A DNA stretch of 46,058 bases from Bigelowiella natans CCMP2755. Lineage: Eukaryota; Protista; Cercozoa. The stretch lies in assembly GCA_000320545.1 (NCBI GenBank), contig ADNK01002885.1:1-46058 (forward strand), in the 5' to 3' direction. The notes beneath the pieces are model-generated. The model searched no databases, was not told the origin of the DNA, and worked only from the letters and a program-made list of their open reading frames with translations. This document shows positions 14,880 to 26,212 of this stretch, one piece after another. Each line of letters begins with the position of its first letter. Position 1 is the stretch's first letter. Made by a program: the position numbers and the translations under genes.

Positions 14880-15986
14880 TATGTGTATTTATACATATAT
14901 GCGTCACACGCACGCATATATGTATGTATGTATGTATGTGCATATACTAGGAGCTGTATGTTTTCAAAGAGCAAACATAATTTTAGTGGGGACTGCTTGG
15001 GATTATGTTGTGTATACACAAACAATACACGCAACAACCATATGTGCACAGAGATTTTAACGTGTAGGCAGCATCAAGTCTTTCCGTGATTTTTTTTCAA
15101 CATTCAAATTTTTCTGTAATGCAGGTTGTGTTTTCTTCATTCGACACTAACAACAACGGGAAGATAATAAAATCAGAGCTGGATGCTATATTGAATGCAA
15201 TGGGACAAAGTGCAAATGACAGCTTACTTAAAGATATTATAAATGAGGTGGTTTGATATCTATGTGACCCTAAATCGCAGAGATTAGGATATATGGAGAG
15301 TGATGCATTTTCATTTTTTCTTGTTGAAGTATAGATACGAAGATACTTCGTGGCTTTCATTAAACTTTAGCATGTGTGACTATTATTGGTGAGTGAGAAC
15401 GTTGATATTGTAGGTTGACAATGATGGCAATGGGTATATCACATTCGACAACTTTGTATCAATGATGACCGACAAGAACATAGAAGAAATCACGGATGCC
15501 TCTGAGGTAAATGAACTTCACCACCAGAAAAAAATCGTAGAAATTCAAAATTTTCCCCGCTCCCTCCCTCCTCTATTATTATGTCCTGGGTACCACCACC
15601 ACCGCCACACCTATTTTAGGCAGAGGCTAAAGGTGCTTTTGAAGTGTTCTCAGAGCGCAGTGCCGGACGGTGAGCCCTTTTATGTATTTGAATACTCAAA
15701 GTCCTCTTCCCTAAATTAATTTCAAAATTCTCAAGAAACAGTGATAATCTAACAAATGAACGACCATGTTCTGTATCGTCGCTATCATCTTCAACATCAT
15801 CGTCGTCACTATCAATGCTTGTTGTTTAGGTACATTTCTCTTGACGGATTAAAGCATACGCTTTCAACTTTTGGTCACGACCTCACACTAGCACAATGCA
15901 AAAAGATAATGGAAGAAATCGGCCCAGAAGAAGACGGGAAAATAACATATGAAGAGCTAAAAATTTTCATGTCGAAAGAGGAATGA
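14280..15986 (+). CDS. Calmodulin/centrin-like EF-hand protein, 6 exons
   Basis: MADEKHV...|...LAELK|VVFSSFDTNNNGKIIKSEL...DIINE|VDNDGNGYITFDNFVSMM...|AEAKGAFEVF...|YISLDGLKHTLSTFG...IMEEIGPEEDGKITYEELKIFMSKEE*. Four-EF-hand layout: loops 1-2 near-canonical, loops 3-4 degenerate. Confidence 0.88.
14560..14880. repeat. Compound (CA)n-(TA)n-(TG)n microsatellites inside EF-hand gene intron 2
   Basis: Two consecutive CA/TA/TG blocks are seen directly. They are representative of the many intronic microsatellites in the window. Confidence 0.9.
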
Positions 15987-16328
15987 TTAACTGCGAATGA
16001 CATGTCGAAAGAGGAATGATGAATTGCGAATGACATGTGTGCATCTCTAGATTTGCATGCGGCATCGTGCACGATGCAGCGATTGTCATGGAATCGATGA
16101 ATCCACAGCAACGTAGGCTGCACTGATGAAAGGCCCAGATTCATTTGTCGTGCTGAAATTTGAATTGATGTTTGTACATTTGCTCGCTGTGCGTTCACAA
16201 CGCTGACGACGTGCATGCATGCACGTGTTCATTGCACGTGTGCAACGCCCACATGCTGAAGTTCTCCAGAGCAGAGACAAAGTCCAGAAAGCAGCAAGCA
16301 CATCATGACATTTGTGCATTGCCAGATT

Positions 16329-16738
16329 CACAAGTCCGTCAAACCCGGTGACGACGGGTTTGTGAACAGTGCAGCGCTTTGCGACGCGCTTTGAAGCAGC
16401 AGGCAGTTGCTAGACAGTCAGTCAAAGAAAAGTCATCAGAACTTGTCCGATGGCCAAACCTCAAAAAGTGACCGAAACATTGACCAAAATGTCCATTTTC
16501 AAGGCCTCAAAGTGTGAAAATTCACACCCGTTGTGCAGCGGATTCACGCTGCGCGTTTGTTCTCTGCCACATTTTGAGTGCTTTTGCGTGTGCGTTTGAC
16601 CAAACGTGACATGCACGAAAAATTTCAAAGAAATGCGAGCAAATCCAACGTCCATTGCATCACATGACGCGCTTGGTCGCGCGCAAAAGCTTCCAAATGC
16701 ACACTCTGGCGATTCGTTGCAGGTTTGACGGACTTGTG
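16329..16738. mobile_element. Non-autonomous TIR element (MITE, ~410 bp), probably Tc1/mariner-type
   Basis: Perfect 17-bp inverted repeats cacaagtccgtcaaacc (16329-16345) and ggtttgacggacttgtg (16722-16738). No coding capacity recognised between them. The outer CA/TG may be a mutated TA target-site duplication. Confidence 0.7.
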
Positions 16739-17356
16739 TTGGCACGCACTGAACCTTGACATTGCCTGTGCGTGACCACGATCAAGTGGTGCTGGCTTTG
16801 TCATCGTGCACTGTGCGTGCATGCTTGACTGGCGTCTCATCACTTCCAGACTTGCTGGCTTGCATCACTTGCTGTGTGTGTGGGGACATGCACGTCCACG
16901 TGCGTGCACGCGCAAGGAACACACGTGCCCATGCACACCACACACACGTGCCTGATGAGCACACGTGCTCTGTTCACATCCACACATGCACCAAACAAGC
17001 CACTGCACATGCACCGAAAACCACGACAAGCAACACGTGGTGCACATGGACACATGCATGCACACGTGAGCGCCATCACTTGGCAAACGTGCAGTTGCAG
17101 GTGCCATGGTGCGTGTGAAGTGGGTGATGCACGTGTCGTGGACTGCTCACACGCATGGGGACATGCATGTCCACATGGCTGAGTTTTGCATCAACGACAA
17201 CTGTGTCATGGTGCACGCCAAAGTCATCGCAATCTCCAGATTGCTTGCATGACAATGCACGCGCTGGCACGTGCACACGCACGTTGCCCTTTCCAGCTTT
17301 GTTCACGCATGACCGTTTGGAACTGTCAACCCTGCCTGCAACCCAAAGTTTGCTGG

Positions 17357-17790
17357 TGAGTGAATGAATGAATGAGTGAATGAATGAAGCATTGATCAAA
17401 TCCACAACGAGAACAATGCGAGAACAATGGTGAAAAATTGCAGCTCCAAAGTGTGACAAGAAACTTGCAGTGTGAAGTGCAGTGCCTCGAACTGGCTTCC
17501 GTGAGGACTGACTAGCAAGCTAGCGGGGTTCATGCAAATTGGCACGAACTGAACATTGAATGCATCGCAACTGACAGCTGAGTGACGACGACGCAAAGCA
17601 TCCATCCTGAGCAGGAACTTCCTGACAGCCACGTCCACACGGAGATCAACGACGTCAGGGACAGTCGAGGGGGCGCCGAGCAAGACTCTGGTTTTGACAG
17701 AATCAGGGGCATCAAAAAATGAAGAGCAAGCAGGAGATGCAGGGCCGAGAGCTGCTCTGATGCTGGAGAACAATTGAGTTCTCACAGCAT
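17357..17790 (-). mobile_element. 5'-truncated non-LTR retrotransposon (LINE) 3' fragment with (TTCA)n-like tail
   Basis: Peptide AVRTQLFSSIRAALGP...FFDAPDSVKTRVLLGAP...DLRVDVAVRKFLLRMDALRRR resembles the helical C-terminus after the zinc knuckle of LINE ORF2 (recalled pattern). It is followed by a short UTR and a simple-repeat tail at 17357-17388. Confidence 0.55.
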
Positions 17791-18678
17791 TCAAGTGAGT
17801 GACATGTCTGTCCATTCCACCAGCAAACGAGAATGTGGTTCACTTCCACCCGAAAAGCCAACAGAGCACAGTTGAACAGCTGTGATACCAACACATGAGT
17901 TGGTTCCATTTTGGTGAAATTAGCCAATGTTTGTTTTCCGAAGTGAGCTTTTCTTGACTCTTCTTGTCGTTGTGAACTACGAAAGACCTTCAAGCACTTG
18001 AAGTGGACGAGCATTAGCTAGATACGACGTGGTGTGGAGGTTGTCGCTGCAAGAATATCTGCTATGGAAGTATACTACGTAGTAGGGCTTGGCAGAACAT
18101 CAAGGGATGTTCATGTCAAACATGTATTGTAGATGGTCGTGTTGGTAAATTTCGCAAAGTAATGTGTACACTCGATCTTGAAACACAAGCTGTCTGAAGA
18201 TGAAGTCCAGGTTGTTCCCTTGGTGTTTTCGTTGGGTCTCATTTCATTTGTGGGGGATGTTGCCACATTCATGGCATACACCCTCTAAACCAATTAAAAT
18301 ACTAAATTGAGCAGCTGTAATGTTTCCATGATCTCTCTGCTCCTTTCATGTGTACCTTACAACAATCAGAGTGCCGCCTATTAAGATCGGACTCACGAAA
18401 TAGTCTTAGTTCCAACTCAGTGAGTTTAAAAGATATGACTAACCCGACATCATTAGACTGCCAATTCGGTTCAACACCCAATCTATAAGTCGAAGAGAAT
18501 TTTATTTATTCCTATTTATTCGTTAATACAATTGGACAGTAAGTAAGACGAGAGAGAATATAAGTCATCTCATTTCCCCTCTCTTCGTCATCATTTTGGC
18601 CATTAGGAAGTTCGTAGAATTTCTCTCTAATTCCTTCTCGTGGTGCACTGTTGCTTTCTTTGGTAGGTTGGCCAGAGG

Positions 18679-20689
18679 ATGGCATTAAGCGGGTAGCGTA
18701 CATATTTGATCCGCCGCTTCCTGTGTAGAATGTGAAATTCATTACGCATTGTGGCTGAGATATCATGTACTCTTTTTTTTACTTGTCCCCGCTCCTGTTT
18801 GTACTATTAGAGTGTCTTCGGAAAACTCAGGAGGCTCTGTTTCAGATGAGGAAATGGAACAGTGGAGGGAAATAATTGCCGACAGCGTAGATTTCCATCG
18901 TGTAGTACCAGGACTCCTCAGACTTCTCGACTTCGATGGTGCAGAGGTTTTTCTGAATGCATAACCAATAGATAAATGTTAATATTGGCATGATGAGATA
19001 TTCATATTTGTTTTCCAAAAACAAGAGCTATCATTTTCTTCTTCCTACTGAGAGTTGAGAAACTAAGAAGTAAAGTTACGTGAAGGTGGTAGATAATGAA
19101 ATATTGACGTTTGTATTTTTACTTTCCTCAAAAAACCACTAATGTTGGTAGCTATGGGCTATGGATCAAAGCTGTGGCCGCATACGCATGTGCGCTCATA
19201 ACGTGAAAGACGATGGAGTGTTTCAGTATGAACGATACAGCACATACTATGACTTTGCGAGAGGACAGGGGTACGATAAAAAAAAAAGAGGCTTTATATA
19301 CTACCTTTAATATGAATAATATTTGGTTTCGTGTTAATGTTAGATTGGTAGGACGTGTGTTTTTGTCTGGTTCTTCTGAATGGCAACCAGATGTCTCAAA
19401 GACGGATAGGGAAGTCTTTCATAGGTAATCATCGCAGCACCACGAATTATTTCTGGTACAACAGAACAAAGCAGCATATATCTGGCATCATTCTTAATCT
19501 TTGTTGTCACAACAATATCAGATTTGCTGGGGCGAAAATGCATGGTATAAAGGGAGTCGCTGGTAGTCGTTCGTTAGTAGTCAAATATTGAAAATTAAGC
19601 AAAGTGACAGCAACAGCAGCAGCAGTAGTAGTAATGTTAGTAGTAGTAGTAGTAGCAGGTCGAGTAGTAGTCGCTAGAGGCTGCTTTGTCGTAGTAATGT
19701 TGTAGGAGTAGTAGCAGGTCGAGTAGTAGTCGCTAGAGGCTGCTTTGTCATCCTCACCCACCCAATTTGTCGGACGTCTCAATTTTATTTTCAACCTTGA
19801 GATTGTCGCATCGCATTCATAGCTGCAGCGCTTGGATCATAAGTGCTGAAAATATCCTCCTGCCTCCTTAAATGATAGGATTGTTGTGTGATGCTACCTA
19901 CCTACTCGATATATGATTATCATCAGGCATAGCATGCAATTTTCAGACAGGAGAGAAATGTGTGATCTGTTTGGTTTCTCAAGATGTTCTCTTCGTCTCC
20001 CAAGATAGAAGAACGTTGGTCGAAAATATGGTAGTAGTAAGAGTAGTAGTAGTAATACTAGTAATAGTAGTAGTAGTAGAACACTAATACAATAATATCA
20101 TCATCATCATCATCATCATTGCTCCTGTCTGCTCCTAGTGGATGCTTTACCAAATACAACCTGCATCTTCATTTTTTCCTCTCCCATCTAATTATCACAT
20201 TAATTTGATAGCATTCTAATCCCATCATCCATGTTGCTTGACTTTCAATCGCAGATCCGACGCTGGATTGCTAATTCTGATGGCGAGAGTGAATCTAAGC
20301 TGCCACCATATGGAATAGGAGTTTTTACATCCAACAATAATACAGCTGCTGTCGTTGGGAAATCATCACCATCTCCATCACCATCATCATCATTTATGCT
20401 GACTAGTACGACTAATTCTAACAATGTTTCTTCACGTGTATCTGCTCTTGCTGCAAATATTCTCTCACCGACGCCGACGATAACTATGGTAGTGTGATTG
20501 ACAACTACTTCTTTTGTTAAATTATTGTTTAATTCTACATACAAGCTGTGATGATGTAACGTCGCTACTTGGCATCATTCCGTGATTATTATTCTTGTGA
20601 AACAATTGTCCTCCTCCTCCCTCTGCCTCGTTCCTGTTCTTTTCCCTTATCATTATGCTGCTCTTTATTATTTCGATGGTGACTTACCT

Positions 20690-20721
<32 letters not shown>

Positions 20722-21023
20722 AGGGCATACCATCCTCTGCAGCAGCAGGAGCTTCTTTGCCTCCTCCTTCGCTACTACCCCACTTATCATCATCATCATC
20801 ATCATCATCATCATTATCATATAAGCAGCGACCATCATTACCTCTTCCATCATCATTAAACCTGCAGCAATGTGTTTCCTCCTCCTCCTCCTCATTGATT
20901 CCCGGGGTCACTGCTTTGAAATATAAGACTTTGTCCCAACTATCCCAGAGTAGTATCGTACACAATCAAAATGAGGTAGTAGTAGTAGTAGTAGTAGTAG
21001 TAGTTGTAGTAGGTCATAATAAT

Positions 21024-21058
<35 letters not shown>

Positions 21059-21714
21059 TTGGGAACCAATCGAAACAATCGACACGACAAACAACGATGA
21101 TTTATGTTCTTTCGTGCTTCTTCTCTCTCATCTTCTTCTTCTGTTTCCCAAGAATGTGAACAATTGGCCGCCGTTTCATGAATACACAACGCTAGTTGTA
21201 CTATCTAAACAGTGTTTATTTGAATATTTTAAATATGTTGAACGACGATGTCGCTGTTAATGATAATTACTCATCAGCAAACTGCCATCTTCGGCTCATG
21301 GATCTTCGAGGGAAAGAGTACTGATCCAGTGGTATGTTATTTGTCTTTAATGTGTGTGTGTGTGGGGGGGGTTGCTGTAAGTGCTTATTTTTAAAAGTAT
21401 TTACTTTGTGAATGTTATTGCTTTGATCATTTTCATCACTGATGTAGCAATACAATTCCTCATATGACCAACCAATCAGCATCATATGAAGCTCAAACTG
21501 ATGGAACTGTTTCTATCATCTATGGGGGTAAGTAAGTAGAGTAGTATCTAAAGGGAAAGTAAGTGTGTTCTACAAGTACCTTCCTTTAGACAACATAATC
21601 AACATCATCATCATTATCGATCATAATGATGTGTGCGAGACATGGCATTTTTCTTGATATCCTCTTCTTGTAGTTGCTACTATCTGTTTCCTATTTTTTC
21701 TTCTCCAACTATCA

Positions 21715-21745
<31 letters not shown>

Positions 21746-23033
21746 GCATCATATATTTTTGATCGATCTATCCATCCCCTATTATTATTAACAACGTCGA
21801 TGACCATGATCTATCCATCCCCTATTATTATTATTATTAACAACGTCGATGACCATTCTCATCATCACATTGCTAATATGTGCTAGTCTATAACAACTGA
21901 GCTCGACTTTGAAGGCTCTGAAGTATGGGTTGAGGAATTTCCAAATGCAGGTACTACTACTAGTAGTAGTAACATGCTCTCTTCTTCTTCTTCTTCTTCA
22001 TGAATGATTATAATCCAATCGTTCTGTAATCTCTCTTCTTCTTCACGAATTATTATGTACAAATCATTCTCTTCTTGTTGTTCCTTCCTTAGGAACGGCT
22101 TTTCATGGAGTGACGATTGCGCAAGATAGATCGCATCGTGAATGGGCAGCTTACAGCTCACAGTTTAAGTTTGCAAGCAAACGATCTATGATCGGCAGAA
22201 TAATTAATTATTCAAAATCGGAATTTCATTCTGACGTGTGCTCCCTCCCACTCTCTTCTTTCGTAAGGTCTCCGGTAATGTATCATCATCATCATCATCA
22301 TCATTATCATCATCATTATCATTTATCCAGTTAAAAGAAGGAAGGAAAACAATTGATGATGGGTGGATAGGAATAGATATGGGTGGATAGGAATAGATAC
22401 GGATGGATAGATGCTGCTGATCATTTATTTAATTACATTACAATATAACATAATATAATATATTTTTTATTTAGGGAGCGAAACGGTGCGGTGTACGTGC
22501 TATGGCAGGTCCTAGCGATGATGATGATGATGATGATTGGTGGTGATAGGTGTATTATGAAGCGCAAAATATTATATGCACAATTAGTCCTTGGTATATT
22601 ACAATGGTGATGATGATAATGTGATGATGATAAACATCACCAAGGTATTGATGACAAATTAACTCCTCCTCCTCCTCCTCTTATTGTTGTTGTTCTTATA
22701 TCTGATGTTCATCCAGGCATCTACCACCGCACGGAGGATGGACTACGCGCAGTGATTTGTCTCTTTAGCAAGAAAACAATTCATTTTACGGAGTCTTTTA
22801 AGAATCGTATCAATCAGACGGTACTACTACTACTACTACTACTACTACTATGTTCATAAGCTTCTACCCCTTATGATGCATCATCATTGTTAATTGTCTG
22901 ATATCCTCGCCGTCGCAATTACCATGATCATACGTCATCTATATAGTACATATAGTAATCTCGTCACCATAAACTACTACTACTCCTACTACTCTACTAC
23001 TACTACTACTACTACTACTATTACAACTTCCCA

Positions 23034-23068
<35 letters not shown>

Positions 23069-24563
23069 GATTCAGCTGTGGTCACTGGGGTTATCACCTC
23101 AATCTATCCGCCCTGTCCGTTGGATGACGAAGACGTTCTCCGCTGTCTCCACCACGAATAACAACAATAACAACAATACCGCCGCTGATATGAATACGAC
23201 GACGACAACCACGAGGATGATGAAAATAGGTAGTAGTAGTATTGCTACTGCGGAGACCAATTACTTAGTAGTAGTATGTGGGTTAACAACCTATTCACAT
23301 GCATGCTTCCTCCTCCTTTATATAATATAATGATATAATGAGAGAGAGAAAAACAGACTTCTCGGTTATCTTGACCTACTTTGTGATATATTTCACACCA
23401 TCATGATCTATAATGATTTGTATATATTTTGTTGTACATAGCAGGAACAAAGCAAAGGAGAGGAGGAGGCACTACTACTACTACTACTTCTTCTTCTTCT
23501 TTTACTACTACTACTAGTAGTAGTAGTAGTACTAGTAGTAGTAAGAAAAGAAGGGATAGGTCGTACGCATGTGAGTACTGTGCTAAGGTGTTTCAGAAGA
23601 GAGGAAACTACCAAGTACACCTTAGAACACACACCAAGGAGAAACCTTTTATGTGCATTGATTGTGGGCGTCAATTCACCCAAAAGTCAAATATGAAGAG
23701 ACATAGACAGAAAATCCATAACGTTGGGTTAAAGCCATCATCGTCATCATCCTCATCATCATCCTCATCATCATCGTTATCACAAGCAATAGTAGCAGCA
23801 GGAACAACAACAACAGCAGCAACAACAACAAGAGATGTAAGGACGATGACAACTTCCACCACCACCACCACCAGTAGCACTTTTACGTCAGCAGCAGCAG
23901 CAGCAGCGTCTAAGAACGTTGATAGCTGTTTAGCACCCACTGATACTCTAGCAGGAGGAGAAGGAAAGATGATCGTATTATCAGGAGGAGGTACAATGGG
24001 AAGTATAAAGTCTACTGATGATTCAAGAAGAGGGGAAGGAGGAGGAGGAAATAATAATAACAATGCTGGTGATGAGAAAGGAGTGACGAGGAAGAAGAGT
24101 GCTGTTTCTGTTCCTATTCAATTAGATGACGACAACGACGCCAGCATCAATAATATCAACAAAAATAACAGCTCACAATATGCCTTGACAGCGGATAATA
24201 ATAATGATAACAACATCACTCATACTACTTTGTCTGCTAATCAAGCAGCTGCTACATCATCATCATCATCATCAGCAGCAGCATCATCATCATTAGTATC
24301 ACAGAAACCTATTCCACGAGTATCAACTAGTGGTGGAGATGGCGATCCTTACCATGTAGGAGGAGGGGGAGGAGGAGGAGGAAGAGGGAGAAGAAAGCGC
24401 CCACGTACTCATCTTTCATTAACAAACGCACACCATCATCATAAACCAATAGTCGCTGCCGGGGATAATGATGCTGATGATGATGATCAGAAGGAGGTGA
24501 ATCAAAACATTAGTAGTATTATTCACATATCATTACGAATGGCAACGACAATCTGATAATATT

Positions 24564-24599
<36 letters not shown>

Positions 24600-24607
24600 T
24601 ACATATA

Positions 24608-24644
<37 letters not shown>

Positions 24645-25165
24645 CGCATAATCTAACGAGCGATCATAATCTACATAAATTTAACCAAATCTTCTTTGTT
24701 GATTTCTCTTTATTTCACCCCCTTCCCATAAATTAGCCCCCCGCGTTGAGATCCCGCCCCTTTTGTCCTCATACTCCTCCACCACCGAATAATTCTTCTT
24801 CTTCTTCCACCAGAGAGCAGCACCCTACTCGTCATCATTCTCACCACCAACAACACCATCACCCGAATTCTCCAACGCTATTATCTTCTTCTTCTTCTTC
24901 TTCGTTTTATGCAGCATCATCATCATCCGATAATATTCAACATTCCTCAGTAGCAATACCGTATTCATCACCAGCAGCAGTGTCTTCCTATGAACAACCA
25001 AAAGGGGGCGGAGGAGGAGGAGGTAGCGACAGTGCTGCAGGACATGTGTTACCAGCAGCGCTGCCAAAAACACCATTATCCCTTCAAGATAGTTGTAGTA
25101 TCAATGACAATGGGAATGATGCGGGTGATGATTTACTGTCTTCATCATCGCTTTGGTGGGGTTGA
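18679..25165 (+). CDS. Transcription factor with two NLP/NreA-like GAF domains and two C2H2 zinc fingers, multi-exon
   Basis: Phase-consistent exons. GAF-A: LLDFDGAE|LWAM...YERYSTYYDFARGQG|LVGRVFLSGSSEWQPDVSKTDREVFHR|FAGAKMHGIKGVAG|IAC...CVICLVS. GAF-B: ELDFEGSEVWV...EWAAYSSQFKFASKRSMIGRIINYSKSEFHSDV...FVRSP|GAKRCGVRAMAG|IY...AVICLFS. Then YACEYCAKVFQKRGNYQVHLRTHTKEKPFMCIDCGRQFTQKSNMKRHRQKIH (~23565-23720) and a low-complexity tail. Confidence 0.82.
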
Positions 25166-25239
25166 GGTGTTGCCTCTGTCTTGCGTTAAAGCAAAGTAGA
25201 TCGGACCTCTAGGGTGTATTGTAACGATAGAATAAAATC

Positions 25240-26170
25240 ACATTGTAGTTCCAAGTGTATTTTGAGTATTCACTTGAAATGTGTGTAAACTACTAATCCA
25301 CGCAGCATGCTGTTGTGACATGGTGGCAACTTCCGAGCATTGGCTTCGATTTGTTGGAAGTGCATTCGCATCGTAGCAGTGCCGATCATGTCTGCAAGCT
25401 AGCATTATTAGCAAGCCACAGCGCAAGAGTGATACAATCGAAAATGATCCATGAGTGAAAACATGTTGCATGCTAGTGAAGCTAGCTAGCTAGACAGTCC
25501 AGCGTGCAAAACTAGAATGGCTTTTGTGCAGAGTGAGACAGCTGTGGCGGGGGCAGAAGCAGGCGTCAGGACCAGAGGAGTGCACGATGAGTTCGCAGCA
25601 ATGACAACAACAATGAATCATCATCGCGACAGTCGAGACGCAAGCGTGTGCTCGACAAATGAGAACAAGGCGAACACACCTCGACATTGCACAATCCCTA
25701 GAATCCTGAAAGAAGACAGCAAACCACATGAGCTCTGAATAACAAGAAAACGTGATTCTCGTTCGTTGAAATGGATGGTTCCAAGAGTTCGATGTGGAGT
25801 TTGCAGTAGATGTCTCGCACAACCAAGCTAGCAAGCTGCATGCGAAGCGAGTCTAGGAGTGGGCACGTGGGCACAAATGATCCAAGATTTCCTGCGATCA
25901 AATGTTGCCGTTTTGGTGTTGTCCACGCCTACACGACTACGAAACAGTCATGTAATGGCACTTAGTGTGTGTCTAGTCGTGCATTCAAGGGAAGGATCAT
26001 GATGTCTAGTCTCATGGTTCGCTTCAGCAGCAATTGGTGTCAGTTAGTTCATGAACACGCAGAAACTTCGATCATCGCAATTGAGCCAGCTTGGCACATG
26101 AGGCAGGCAACAATGCAACAATATGATGTTTTGCAGACGCCACACTGTCGTGTGATCCATTCACCATAAT
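25240..26170. other. TpA-depleted intergenic island of unidentified (probably repeat-derived) origin
   Basis: TG/CA-rich with few TpA, many of them in CTAG (e.g. gctagctagctag at ~25481-25493). No microsatellites. No recognisable protein. Confidence 0.6.
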
Positions 26171-26212
26171 AGATTCAGAGAGATTGATCAGTTCTCGTTG
26201 AAATACTACACA

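Noticed and set aside
16086-17459. Dense stack of overlapping ORFs on both strands
   Set aside because: Stop-codon depletion in the TpA-free island explains them. No motifs were recognised.
16177-17885. CpG-methylation decay or classical RIP as the cause of the TG/CA excess
   Set aside because: CpG remains common and TpA is the missing dinucleotide. RIP would increase TpA.
25240-26200. Possible decayed FAD/NADH-domain exons of nitrate reductase
   Set aside because: No b5-reductase motifs are visible in the minus-strand translations I could read, and the space is too small at this intron density. A profile search would settle it.
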